A stretch of 20,000 nt of DNA from an uncultured virus (IMG/VR IMGVR_UViG_3300028666_000031) (taxonomy: Duplodnaviria; Heunggongvirae; Uroviricota; Caudoviricetes). Location: IMG/VR virus record IMGVR_UViG_3300028666_000031; one strand, 5' to 3'. Under the pieces are notes generated by a model, which searched no databases, was not told where the DNA came from, and saw nothing but the letters and a program-made list of their open reading frames with translations. Made by a program: the position numbers and the translations under genes. Shown piece after piece: positions 1 through 7,886 of this stretch (its first letter is position 1; every line of letters begins with the position of its first letter).

Positions 1-27
1 TATACATCAATAATTTACATTATCAAA

Positions 28-335
28 TTCAGTGGTTTCAGTGGTTTCAGTGTTTCTCAGCGAACCTACCTATATAGGTAAAAGGTGGACGGACCATAAA
101 TCGAACGAGCTGGGCTCCTATCACCTCCTTCCTATCACCCTCTTACCCTCTCGCGCTACGAGGGGATAGATTTTTCACTGAAACCACTGAAACCACTGAA
201 ACCGCTTCCTTAATCTATATTTTTCAATTTTCTCTAAGTACAATAAATATAAGTAGATGGGAGAGCCAGACCCGCGCCCCGGCCCTTGGTTTTCTTGGTT
301 TCAGTAGCGGTTTCAGTAACTTAATCCACTGAAAC
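28..335. repeat. Iteron-like 9-bp repeat cluster (GGTTTCAGT/CACTGAAAC), candidate replication origin
   Basis: Three tandem TTTCAGTGG-type units at 28-52, three tandem inverse CACTGAAAC at 176-202, GGTTTCAGTA at 297 and 309, CCACTGAAAC at 326; AT-rich tracts at 1-27 and ~208-255. Confidence 0.75.
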
Positions 336-780
336 GCAGACGTCTGCACTCCCGCGCCCCGAGGCTTGGGTCGATTGCCCCGCTCATTGATATGCCTGCC
401 CGCAACCAGGGCCACTCGAGTCGGCCCGGTCGACCGGCCACCTCCTGGCCAGCAGAAAGCCATCCCCCCTTCCGGGTGGGCCCCCCCCCACCTCCTCGGC
501 CAACCGGGAGCGCGTGGATGTTCAGCACCTCACCCCCATCTGTTGTTTTGGGGCGATTTTTGAGGCATATTCTACCCCCCTTCGGGTCCTACACCCTGAT
601 TTTGATGTCATTGCGGATCATACGGTAAATACGGGCCAGAATGCTCATTGCCGAAAACAAAAAGCCGCGTTCGTTCCGGTTGTGGCAATCGCCTGTGTGG
701 CTGTATTAGTAGAGCCATGGGCAAAGCTATTTGGTGCGAGTATGGTGCTTGCACTCGCCTTGCCTTGAACTAAACAACAT

Positions 781-2628
781 ATGACACTAATCGGATATCC
801 TTCTGCCGGTCGCGCTAGTGCGTTCCTGGCATCATCCATCTATCATCTAGTAGGCGCTGGCTTACGGATAGGCATTGCTCAAAACTGCGATATTACCGGC
901 AATCAAGGCATGGGGCACGGGGCACGGGTTGTCTATGATGCTCTTGGATCGTTCAGCGTAGGGACAAGCGCTGGCCGTGGTACGTCGCGTCTGTTCAAGG
1001 TCACGCGCAAGGGCAGGGGCCAGCGCGCTCATGACGTGCGCAAGCTGATCAGCAAACGGGCAGGGGCACGGGGTGCGGTGCTCGGGGCACGGGCACGTGC
1101 AACGGGCACGGGTGACGATCAAGAGACTGTGCGTCAAGCTGAGCTTGATCAGTGGCTGGCTGGCAAGGTAGATCCGGACCATTGGCAAGCGGTTGTAGCT
1201 CGCTTTCATTCCGTCGATTGCGTTGTGATGCTTCCCCATTACGATTACAACCTAGCGTCAACCAGGGCGGCGTTGCATGCCAGCATGCAAGCCGATCAAG
1301 CAATCGGCAAAATCCTTTTACGCATCGGGGCAAGGGCAGGGGCCAAGCAAGCGCAACGGTTGTCAGAGTTGCGGGGCGTCGCTGCATCCCTCACAAGTAT
1401 TCACGAGGCATCAAGCGCCGCTATCGCGGGGATATTAGAGAGCGTGCGTCGACTTGACAAAGTACCGGGCCACCTATGGCACGGGTGCGGCTTGGATCAC
1501 TGCTCATGCTCCGCTTGCGCGGGTCACAATCGCCTTGTGCGTGTGCTCCGCTTGTATGCGTCAAGGGCAGCATTTAAGAGCTTAGCAACATGGGCCACCG
1601 TCGGGATTACAGGCGACAATTCAAGCGCAACGTTCGCCGGTCGTTCATTCATCGATGAGTTTACGGCTGGCATTGCCGATACATTGGGTGCGGAGCAATG
1701 GCGCGCCACCGATCAAGTATGGTTTGAGTCACAATCGCAAGCACGGTGGCGCTTGGCACGTTGGATCTATGCAATCGGTTATCGTGACTTTTGCGCCACC
1801 TTGACGGGCAAGGGTGCTGGCATGGCGCGCAAGCAAGCGCGCTCCCGTTGTCGGGTCGTTTGCTCTGTCATCTATGGCGCAACGATTGCCGATTCTTGCG
1901 CAAGGGCAGGGTTTGAGTCACAAGCCGCTTGGGTGCGGAGTTGCAAGGGTGCTCTACTCTTTCAATCGTTGCGTGATGCAAGGCGCGCTCAATTACTCCG
2001 CTTGCCAAGCGTTCAAGCCGCACGGGCAGCTATGCGCCAAGCCGCATTGCAAGCCGCAAGCGCGATCAAGTCTATGGGGTTGCAATCGGGGCAATGGTCC
2101 GATCCTTGCGCCACCGTTGCGCGCTCCGTCAAGCTGGCCAGTGGCGCAAGCTCCGTGCGATACGTTGCTTGCGGTTATCGGGTCACGCATCCTGCGAGCA
2201 GTCGCACTATTCAAGCGCAAGGGGCAAGGGGCACGGGCACGGGGCAAGCTGGCTTTGCTTGGTTGCAAGCTGTCAATGCACGGGAGCAAGCGATTGCTAA
2301 GGCAACCTGGTTGCGTGATCAGGCTTTGGATCTAGTCGCTGATAACCTCCGTGCATTCGACAAAGTACTTGCTGGCTTGCATTCGGAACGCTTTGGCAAT
2401 CTCCGTCAAGTATTCGGCTTTGTGGATTGCAATGGCAGAGAGTCAAGCAAGCGCAATCCTCAGTCTATCACAAGGGCACGGGGCAAGGTGGCACGTAAGC
2501 CAATCCTTGCGCCGACGGTGGCTATTGATTGCGGAGCGCGATCCCTGCAATGCGCGCCTAGTGTTAGCTCGCAATCATGGGCGCAAGGTGGCGAGTCTGG
2601 CTTTGCCATAGTCAAGGCGCGCTCATAG
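781..2628 (+). CDS. Hypothetical Ala/Arg-rich protein, 615 aa, with a Cys/His cluster and a possible HTH-like motif
   Basis: Long open frame with A-rich upstream (taaacaacatATG) and a perfect terminator hairpin 33 nt downstream; word usage is atypical for the window. Confidence 0.6.
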   Translation: MTLIGYPSAGRASAFLASSIYHLVGAGLRIGIAQNCDITGNQGMGHGARVVYDALGSFSVGTSAGRGTSRLFKVTRKGRGQRAHDVRKLISKRAGARGAVLGARARATGTGDDQETVRQAELDQWLAGKVDPDHWQAVVARFHSVDCVVMLPHYDYNLASTRAALHASMQADQAIGKILLRIGARAGAKQAQRLSELRGVAASLTSIHEASSAAIAGILESVRRLDKVPGHLWHGCGLDHCSCSACAGHNRLVRVLRLYASRAAFKSLATWATVGITGDNSSATFAGRSFIDEFTAGIADTLGAEQWRATDQVWFESQSQARWRLARWIYAIGYRDFCATLTGKGAGMARKQARSRCRVVCSVIYGATIADSCARAGFESQAAWVRSCKGALLFQSLRDARRAQLLRLPSVQAARAAMRQAALQAASAIKSMGLQSGQWSDPCATVARSVKLASGASSVRYVACGYRVTHPASSRTIQAQGARGTGTGQAGFAWLQAVNAREQAIAKATWLRDQALDLVADNLRAFDKVLAGLHSERFGNLRQVFGFVDCNGRESSKRNPQSITRARGKVARKPILAPTVAIDCGARSLQCAPSVSSQSWAQGGESGFAIVKARS

Positions 2629-2660
2629 GGCACGGCGCAACCTAGGGCCAATCCAAGCGC

Positions 2661-2692
2661 AAACGGAGCAAAGCCTACTTTGCTCCGTTTTT
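2661..2692 (+). terminator. Intrinsic terminator
   Basis: AAACGGAGCAAAG-CCTA-CTTTGCTCCGTTT perfect 13-bp stem ending in a T tract. Confidence 0.75.
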
Positions 2693-2822
2693 CTGTACTT
2701 TTATCGCGCTAGGATCGTCTAGGATCGATTTTTACGGGCAGGGTGCTGTCTTATCATGGGGGTATTTTCCCGCTCCGTGCGGAGCGTACAAGTCAAAAAT
2801 CGTTTGCTGTTCCGTGCGTTAT

Positions 2823-3001
2823 TAATGGACTTGCGCAACGGTAGGCGTTGCCACCTTGCATCGTTTGCCGTTGCATAAGTCCATTAGATCAGAGCAAGCG
2901 CAATGCAAGGCGCGCCAAGGTGGCGCGCTCATGCATCTAGCTTGCCCGTTGCGCGATTGCGGATCGTCTGCCGTTGCGCAAGTCCATTAGATCAGAGCAA
3001 G
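2823..3001. repeat. 39-bp direct repeat pair plus an inverted partial copy
   Basis: ATCGTYTGCCGTTGCRYAAGTCCATTAGATCAGAGCAAG at 2860-2898 and 2963-3001; reverse-complement core TAATGGACTTGCGCAACGG at 2823-2841. Confidence 0.85.
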
Positions 3002-3392
3002 GCGCAAGTTGCGCGCTTGCAAGCGATTTTTTCTTTCCGCTCGCCAGTCTGGCGCGCCCGAGTCTTTCCCCACGTCCCACCTCAAAGAACGCCGGCGGCA
3101 CCCTCCGCCGGTCCTCTTTGGTGTGAAACGCTTGAAATGGTTTTCAAAGTTATCACCGCCAAACTCCCTGCGGAGTCGGAAAATCTTCCGCGCATTGCAA
3201 ACCGGAAGTGGGTCGAGTCCCCTCGTGAGGACTCTAGGAATGGTCGTGCCTGAAATCAAAAAGACGCCAGCACTTATTCCGTGCAAGCCATACGCAATCG
3301 CTTTGCGGTCGATGGCCACTTGTCAGTTGAAATCCGTCCGGCCAGTGACACCTGAAAGATGGACACTTGCTAGGCCGGATTTCAGCCGATTT

Positions 3393-3599
3393 ATGAACCG
3401 ATACAGTGGAGACCCGCGCTGGTTGTACGCGCGCTTCAGTTCGGAGTGTAAATGCGGACACGTCATCAAAAAGGATGAACGCATTTACTACTACCCCAAT
3501 GGAAAGACCGCTCTGTGCAAGACCTGTGGCGAGAAAGCGGCCGCGGAATTCAACGCGGCAGCTCAAGACGAAGCCATGATGGCCGGCCAGACCTGGTAA
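3393..3599 (+). CDS. Small Zn-ribbon-like phage-type protein (68 aa; CKC...CKTC)
   Basis: Internal ATG (tttATG) of the track ORF 3009-3599; MNRYSGDPRWLYARFSSECKCG...LCKTCG; followed by a hairpin. Confidence 0.75.
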   Translation: MNRYSGDPRWLYARFSSECKCGHVIKKDERIYYYPNGKTALCKTCGEKAAAEFNAAAQDEAMMAGQTW

Positions 3600-3620
3600 A
3601 TCAAACCCACACTAAAGCAC

Positions 3621-3655
3621 GGTGGCACGCGTGAAAGCGCGCCACCCTCTTTGTT
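3621..3655 (+). terminator. Probable terminator hairpin
   Basis: GGTGGCACGC-GTGAAA-GCGCGCCACC followed by ctctttgtt, just after the stop at 3599. Confidence 0.5.
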
Positions 3656-3665
3656 GTGACACTTT

Positions 3666-3731
3666 ATGAAAAAGCGCATTCACATCAAGTTTAGTTCAAC
3701 CGTGCGTTTCCCTGTGGCCATTCGCCACTGA
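3666..3731 (+). CDS. Possible 21-aa peptide MKKRIHIKFSSTVRFPVAIRH
   Basis: tttATGAAA start context like the other genes; below the ORF-track cutoff. Confidence 0.3.
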   Translation: MKKRIHIKFSSTVRFPVAIRH

Positions 3732-3984
3732 AACGCCCGACCGCCAGCACCATACGCCCGCGTGCAGACATCTGCACGCGGGCGGAGTTGGCCCTGGAAC
3801 GGCGCTTTTTCATTACCACCAATTTCCCCCGACCGACTACGTTTCACCTGGAGCAATCCGGGACAGTCGGGGGACTCGCTCACCGCGAAAATGAAGTTCC
3901 TACCGGCCTCGTACTGAGGCAATCGGGCGGAAAGCGTTCGCGACTGACCGCAGGGGCACGGGTTGCCCCTACCGAAGGAAACGT

Positions 3985-4959
3985 ATGAATCCAGTTATCA
4001 CTCCCACGGCGCCGGCATCACCTGAAACCCCCAAGGTCGAAGTGAAGCCCGTTGTTCTCACCGAGATCACGTACAAGCAAGTGCTTGAAATGGCGCCCGA
4101 GGACAGGGAGAAGCTGATGAAAGGCTTCCACAATGCCACCTCACGCATGGTTGAGACCCGGGACGAAGTGAAAGTCGCGTCGAAACACGCGGCAATCCTT
4201 TTGGCCGGCGTTGAAGCCCACGTGAAACGGGGCATTGAAGCCCGACTCTTCCCTTCTACCTGGACCGCCTCTGACCAGTACAAACAGGTCACTGGCGAAA
4301 AGCCGCCCGGCCATGTCTGGACGATGAAATCCTGCTTCGTGAACTATGTAGTCACGGGCTTAATTGCGGAAAGCGACTTTGTCGGTAACCGCAATAACTG
4401 CCTGGAAATTGCACAGAAAATCTGCGATGCAGTGTTCGAGAAAGACCCGGCCGCCGGCCTGACTCATGACGCGGTAAGTCGTGCTGCCAATGAGTTAAAA
4501 ACCCGAAACGACAACGAAGCCAAGGTTCTGCGAGGGATCTTGGATTCGGTCAAACCCGCCAAGCTCATGACCGACAAGGAAGCGATGGAAGCCTTTGCTG
4601 AAATCGTCAATGCCGGTCACCTCGGGATCGTGCTCGTTGGCATGACGCCTGAAATCGCTCTGGTCTGTTCCGAAAGGATCATCCTCAGTGGTAACTTGCC
4701 GGTCACACTCGCACAAATGCCCGATACGCTCGTCAAGTTGGATGAGCCGATGCAGAAAGACGCTTACCTGGCGTGCTCCTGCGCCATTGAAAACGTGGAA
4801 ACGGTGTTCGGCGAGAAAGCCGACAAATGGCTGAACCCGACCGCCAAGCCCCAAGCGACCAACCCCGCTCCCGCTCCCATCTCGGAAACGGGACCCTTCA
4901 CGGCCGCCGCCGCGGACTTGGAACAATCCACTGAACCCGCCGAGCTGGTAACCGCCTAA
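3985..4959 (+). CDS. Hypothetical protein, 324 aa
   Basis: SD-like GAAGGA upstream, protein-like composition, strong terminator downstream. Confidence 0.9.
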   Translation: MNPVITPTAPASPETPKVEVKPVVLTEITYKQVLEMAPEDREKLMKGFHNATSRMVETRDEVKVASKHAAILLAGVEAHVKRGIEARLFPSTWTASDQYKQVTGEKPPGHVWTMKSCFVNYVVTGLIAESDFVGNRNNCLEIAQKICDAVFEKDPAAGLTHDAVSRAANELKTRNDNEAKVLRGILDSVKPAKLMTDKEAMEAFAEIVNAGHLGIVLVGMTPEIALVCSERIILSGNLPVTLAQMPDTLVKLDEPMQKDAYLACSCAIENVETVFGEKADKWLNPTAKPQATNPAPAPISETGPFTAAAADLEQSTEPAELVTA

Positions 4960-4974
4960 GCCCAGCCCCGCTCT

Positions 4975-5012
4975 AAGGCCGGAACGCATCCCCCGCGTTC
5001 CGGCCTTTTTTT
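4975..5012 (+). terminator. Intrinsic terminator
   Basis: AAGGCCGGAACGC-ATCCCCC-GCGTTCCGGCCTT plus T run. Confidence 0.9.
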
Positions 5013-5184
5013 ATGTACTAGCCAAACACGCTCAAACGTGTTTGCTGATTGTATTGTCGTTTGATTAATGAAATGAAACGGAGGACCCATGGCGACCGGG
5101 ACCTAACGCGGAAAGCCCGTTGAAAAGCGGGTCATGCGGAAAACCCGATCCTTACCCGAAACCAACATCCAAAGATTCGCAACT

Positions 5185-5215
5185 GGCGAGCGCAGAAATG
5201 CGCTCGCCTTTTTTT
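5185..5215 (+). terminator. Intrinsic terminator closing a short, apparently non-coding unit
   Basis: GGCGAGCGCA-GAAA-TGCGCTCGCC followed by T7. Confidence 0.9.
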
Positions 5216-5490
5216 GTGTACGGGAATGACCTGCCATACCTGCTTTGCAAACAAAGGGGGTCGGTGGGTCCGCCACAGAAAGGCAAGAAACCTGGCCAGC
5301 GCGCCAGACAGGAGGGGACGCCCCTTAAACACCACCTGCGCCTTAGAGTGTCGGAATAAAATTTCCCGTACCTTTACCGCGTTCCCACCATGAAACCGGG
5401 CGGGATGATAGCCCCGGACGCCTGAAACCGACGCCAACGCGGCCACTTTCCTGATAAACACCGTAAACCGCAGAAAACAGATCCAAAACT

Positions 5491-5664
5491 ATGGCTGAGA
5501 AAACCGTAACCGTGTGCTTCTCCAAAGAGAAGGACACGAAGAACACGGTGAAGTTCGCGGAAGTACCGGAAGAGGGGAAGCCGACGGTTATCGGTTCCCT
5601 TTACGTCCAGAAATGGTTCGTCGGTTCTGCCACGAAGATCGCCGTGAACCTGGTCGCCGAGTAA
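5491..5664 (+). CDS. Small protein, 57 aa (MAEKTVTVCFSKEKDTKNTVKFAE...IGSLYVQK), missed by the ORF track
   Basis: aaaactATG start, C/G-ending codon bias typical of the real genes here, terminator directly downstream. Confidence 0.85.
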   Translation: MAEKTVTVCFSKEKDTKNTVKFAEVPEEGKPTVIGSLYVQKWFVGSATKIAVNLVAE

Positions 5665-5683
5665 AAGACGGCCAGTCGAACGC

Positions 5684-5730
5684 AAATGCCCTGTTCCTGA
5701 CTCACCCCAGGAACGGGGCATTTTTGTTTT
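5684..5730 (+). terminator. Intrinsic terminator
   Basis: AAATGCCCTGTTCCTG...CAGGAACGGGGCATTT followed by TTGTTTT. Confidence 0.8.
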
Positions 5731-5870
5731 CCCCGACTTTCCCAGGAAAGCCCCCGGTCTCATTCCGGCTTTTGCTCTTCCCTCAGATTAGAAAAGCGAA
5801 GCCAGAATCAGGTCTGGAAATAACATAGTCCAAGCTCCGGGCGGAGCTGAGAAAGGAAAATAGCAAATTT

Positions 5871-6119
5871 ATGATGCTCCCGATTATCAATATCGACGGC
5901 CAACGCTTCTTCTTGGACCGACGGCTACGCGAACTCCGTAATGCAGAGAATCCCCATGAACGGATTGCTCTTACCCAGGAAGAGTGCGAGTCGCTGACAG
6001 ACCAGTGTGAAATCCGTACGTTCAGGAATGAAGAGCCTTACCGTCCACATTGGCTGGTGGAAGTACTCTGCATTGCTCTGGCTGCTCTTTCCTTCTTGGC
6101 GTTCCTGATACTTTTGTAA
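5871..6119 (+). CDS. Hypothetical protein with a C-terminal transmembrane segment (82 aa)
   Basis: GAAAGGA SD; hydrophobic tail WLVEVLCIALAALSFLAFLILL. Confidence 0.75.
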   Translation: MMLPIINIDGQRFFLDRRLRELRNAENPHERIALTQEECESLTDQCEIRTFRNEEPYRPHWLVEVLCIALAALSFLAFLILL

Positions 6120-6132
6120 GCTGCGCCTTGGA
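6116..6132 (+). repeat. Dispersed boundary element copy 1 (box 2 only, orientation A)
   Basis: GTAAGCTGCGCCTTGGA overlapping the TAA of the upstream gene; here it also forms a hairpin AGCTGCG...CGCAGCT followed by TTCTTT. Confidence 0.75.
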
Positions 6133-6187
6133 GCCGCAGCTTTCTTTGCAAAGACGCTCCATTCACCACAGTCCGCGAAAGGATTCT

Positions 6188-6523
6188 ATGAAACACAAAG
6201 CAAGCCCGGCCAGGCTCAAAGCCTATAAAGCCATCCTGGACAAGTATTACATCGACCCGAATGACACCTCCTACTCGGGAGGCGAAGATGCCGGCGAATA
6301 CGTCAGGGGCGAAAAGCCCATCGAACAGTTTTGTGTCGTCACAAGAAACGGCGAGTTCCACTACGCGTACGCTGACGACGTAACCATCGAGGGGGCCAAG
6401 GAAAAGGCCATGATGAGCATAGACGATATCGATTGGTCTGAATGCCCCATGCTCATTATTAACCTGGATACCGGGGAAAGGATTGTGCCTGACTGGAACA
6501 GTCTTCAATGGATGCCTGAATAG
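6188..6523 (+). CDS. Hypothetical acidic protein (111 aa)
   Basis: AAAGGA SD before ATG 6188 (internal to the track ORF starting 6050); ends TAG, then a terminator. Confidence 0.8.
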   Translation: MKHKASPARLKAYKAILDKYYIDPNDTSYSGGEDAGEYVRGEKPIEQFCVVTRNGEFHYAYADDVTIEGAKEKAMMSIDDIDWSECPMLIINLDTGERIVPDWNSLQWMPE

Positions 6524-6541
6524 GAAGGAACAATGCCTTAC

Positions 6542-6568
6542 GCCCAGCCAAGTGGCCGGGCTTTTTTT
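6542..6568 (+). terminator. Intrinsic terminator
   Basis: GCCCAGCCA-AG-TGGCCGGGC followed by T7. Confidence 0.75.
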
Positions 6569-6573
6569 ATGTA

Positions 6574-6628
6574 CCTGCAGCCATCGGAAAACGCCAAATC
6601 CTTTGGGGTAATCCAAGGCACAGCTTAC
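6574..6628 (-). repeat. Dispersed boundary element copy 2 (orientation B)
   Basis: CCTGCAGCCATCGGAA-N22-TCCAAGGCACAGCTTAC, between the terminator and the SD of the next gene. Confidence 0.8.
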
Positions 6629-6640
6629 AGAAAGGAATTC

Positions 6641-6964
6641 ATGAAACTCAAAGCAACTGGACAGTTGCGCCATCACTTCTTTGGCGACTACAGCGCCGGC
6701 ATCTGCCTGGCTTTTGAAACAGCCGATGCTGCCTTAGCCTTACCCAAGGTCACCGTAAAAGGGGTGGAATGGCGTCAATCCGAAAACAAGAGGGTCCTGG
6801 TCACCTGCGTTGATAGCCAGCACCTCGAGGTCTTAAAAGTACGCCTGGCCGAAATGGGAGCCAACCCGTCCGCTATAGACAGCATGGATCACTCCATCGA
6901 TTTCGGCGACCCGTTCAACATCGAGGTCGACGTGGAAGACCCCCGACAACTCGCACTCGTATGA
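6641..6964 (+). CDS. Hypothetical protein (107 aa)
   Basis: AAAGGA SD and ATG 6641; the track start at 6533 would run through a terminator. Confidence 0.8.
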   Translation: MKLKATGQLRHHFFGDYSAGICLAFETADAALALPKVTVKGVEWRQSENKRVLVTCVDSQHLEVLKVRLAEMGANPSAIDSMDHSIDFGDPFNIEVDVEDPRQLALV

Positions 6965-7299
6965 AAACCCTCGTGACCAACATCCGCGATGAGATCCGCG
7001 CATTCGACCACAAATGCAGCGCGGGCGAATTCACCGACACTGGTGAAGCCTGGGAACTTCTCAAATCCATTGAGAACCGATGCCAAGCCGCCTTGAAACA
7101 GACCCAATACCTCATTGTGGATATCCGGGGCGTCGAAATGACCCTGCACCGCCCGCCCGACCCAAAGTCATTTAAGGCCTTGGCCCAGGCAATCCGCGAT
7201 GAACAGGACACCGGCACCGACTTCATTTTTGCGCTCAAACTGCAAGCCGGGGCCTTGAAACAAATTCCCTGTCCCGGCCTGGATAAAGATAAACAGTAA
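6961..7299 (+). CDS. Hypothetical protein (112 aa)
   Basis: ATGA overlap with the upstream gene (translational coupling). Confidence 0.8.
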   Translation: MKTLVTNIRDEIRAFDHKCSAGEFTDTGEAWELLKSIENRCQAALKQTQYLIVDIRGVEMTLHRPPDPKSFKALAQAIRDEQDTGTDFIFALKLQAGALKQIPCPGLDKDKQ

Positions 7300-7310
7300 T
7301 TCACTGAGGA

Positions 7311-7340
7311 GAGCGCTTTCACCCATCGCTGAAAGCGCTC
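7311..7340. other. Intergenic hairpin
   Basis: GAGCGCTTTCA-N8-TGAAAGCGCTC perfect 11-bp stem, no U tract. Confidence 0.6.
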
Positions 7341-7346
7341 CGCTCA

Positions 7347-7880
7347 ATGAAAACATTACCACCCTATAAAACAGAACAAGTGGGTTGGGCTGGGGATCTG
7401 ACAGACATGATAATAGATCGTGCCGACTGTCAGATTCCAAATGACGCCCGACGCATCCCCTGGATATCCAGTTATCAGGGGGAAACCGACTACGAAGTGC
7501 GCTTTGGCCACCTGAACGGCCGCCGGATTACTTTCCGTTGGGGAAAGCTCCCATGGCGCTGGTCCTGGCTGAAACCAGACCAGAAGTATTGGAACTATGA
7601 TTCCGAAGAACTGTTCCAACGTGAAGCGAACGGGGCCTGGGGTATCCTTCACTGCATGTGCTGCAACCCCGTCAATGTGGAAACACTGGAATGCTTCCGA
7701 GAGCTTTACGTTCCCTTGGCCGTCACTGGCTACTTCGACCACACCACTAAAAACTGGGTCGTTTGTGAGCCCACCAAGAAGGAATTGAGCACCGAGACGT
7801 GGTATCGGTCGGAAAGCTACCAGAACTTTATCACCGAGAATCCCCAGTACGCCCGGCGCGACTATGCCATGGCAGCGTGA
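7347..7880 (+). CDS. Hypothetical Trp/aromatic-rich protein (177 aa)
   Basis: Co-oriented ORF filling the gap, tight spacing to the next gene. Confidence 0.75.
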   Translation: MKTLPPYKTEQVGWAGDLTDMIIDRADCQIPNDARRIPWISSYQGETDYEVRFGHLNGRRITFRWGKLPWRWSWLKPDQKYWNYDSEELFQREANGAWGILHCMCCNPVNVETLECFRELYVPLAVTGYFDHTTKNWVVCEPTKKELSTETWYRSESYQNFITENPQYARRDYAMAA

Positions 7881-7886
7881 GGCTAT

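Noticed and set aside
224..839. Short overlapping ORFs in the left non-coding region
   Set aside because: Low-complexity translations of repeats and C-tracts, with no start signals or recognisable motifs.
3009..3392. 5' extension of the track ORF 3009-3599
   Set aside because: Runs through repeats and hairpins with non-protein-like composition; ATG 3393 fits the local start context.
6050..6964. TAG at 6521-6523 is in frame with the track ORF 6533-6964, suggesting a second amber read-through or genetic code 15
   Set aside because: A terminator (6542-6568) and a boundary element intervene, the downstream gene has its own SD+ATG at 6641, and long genes lack internal TAG.
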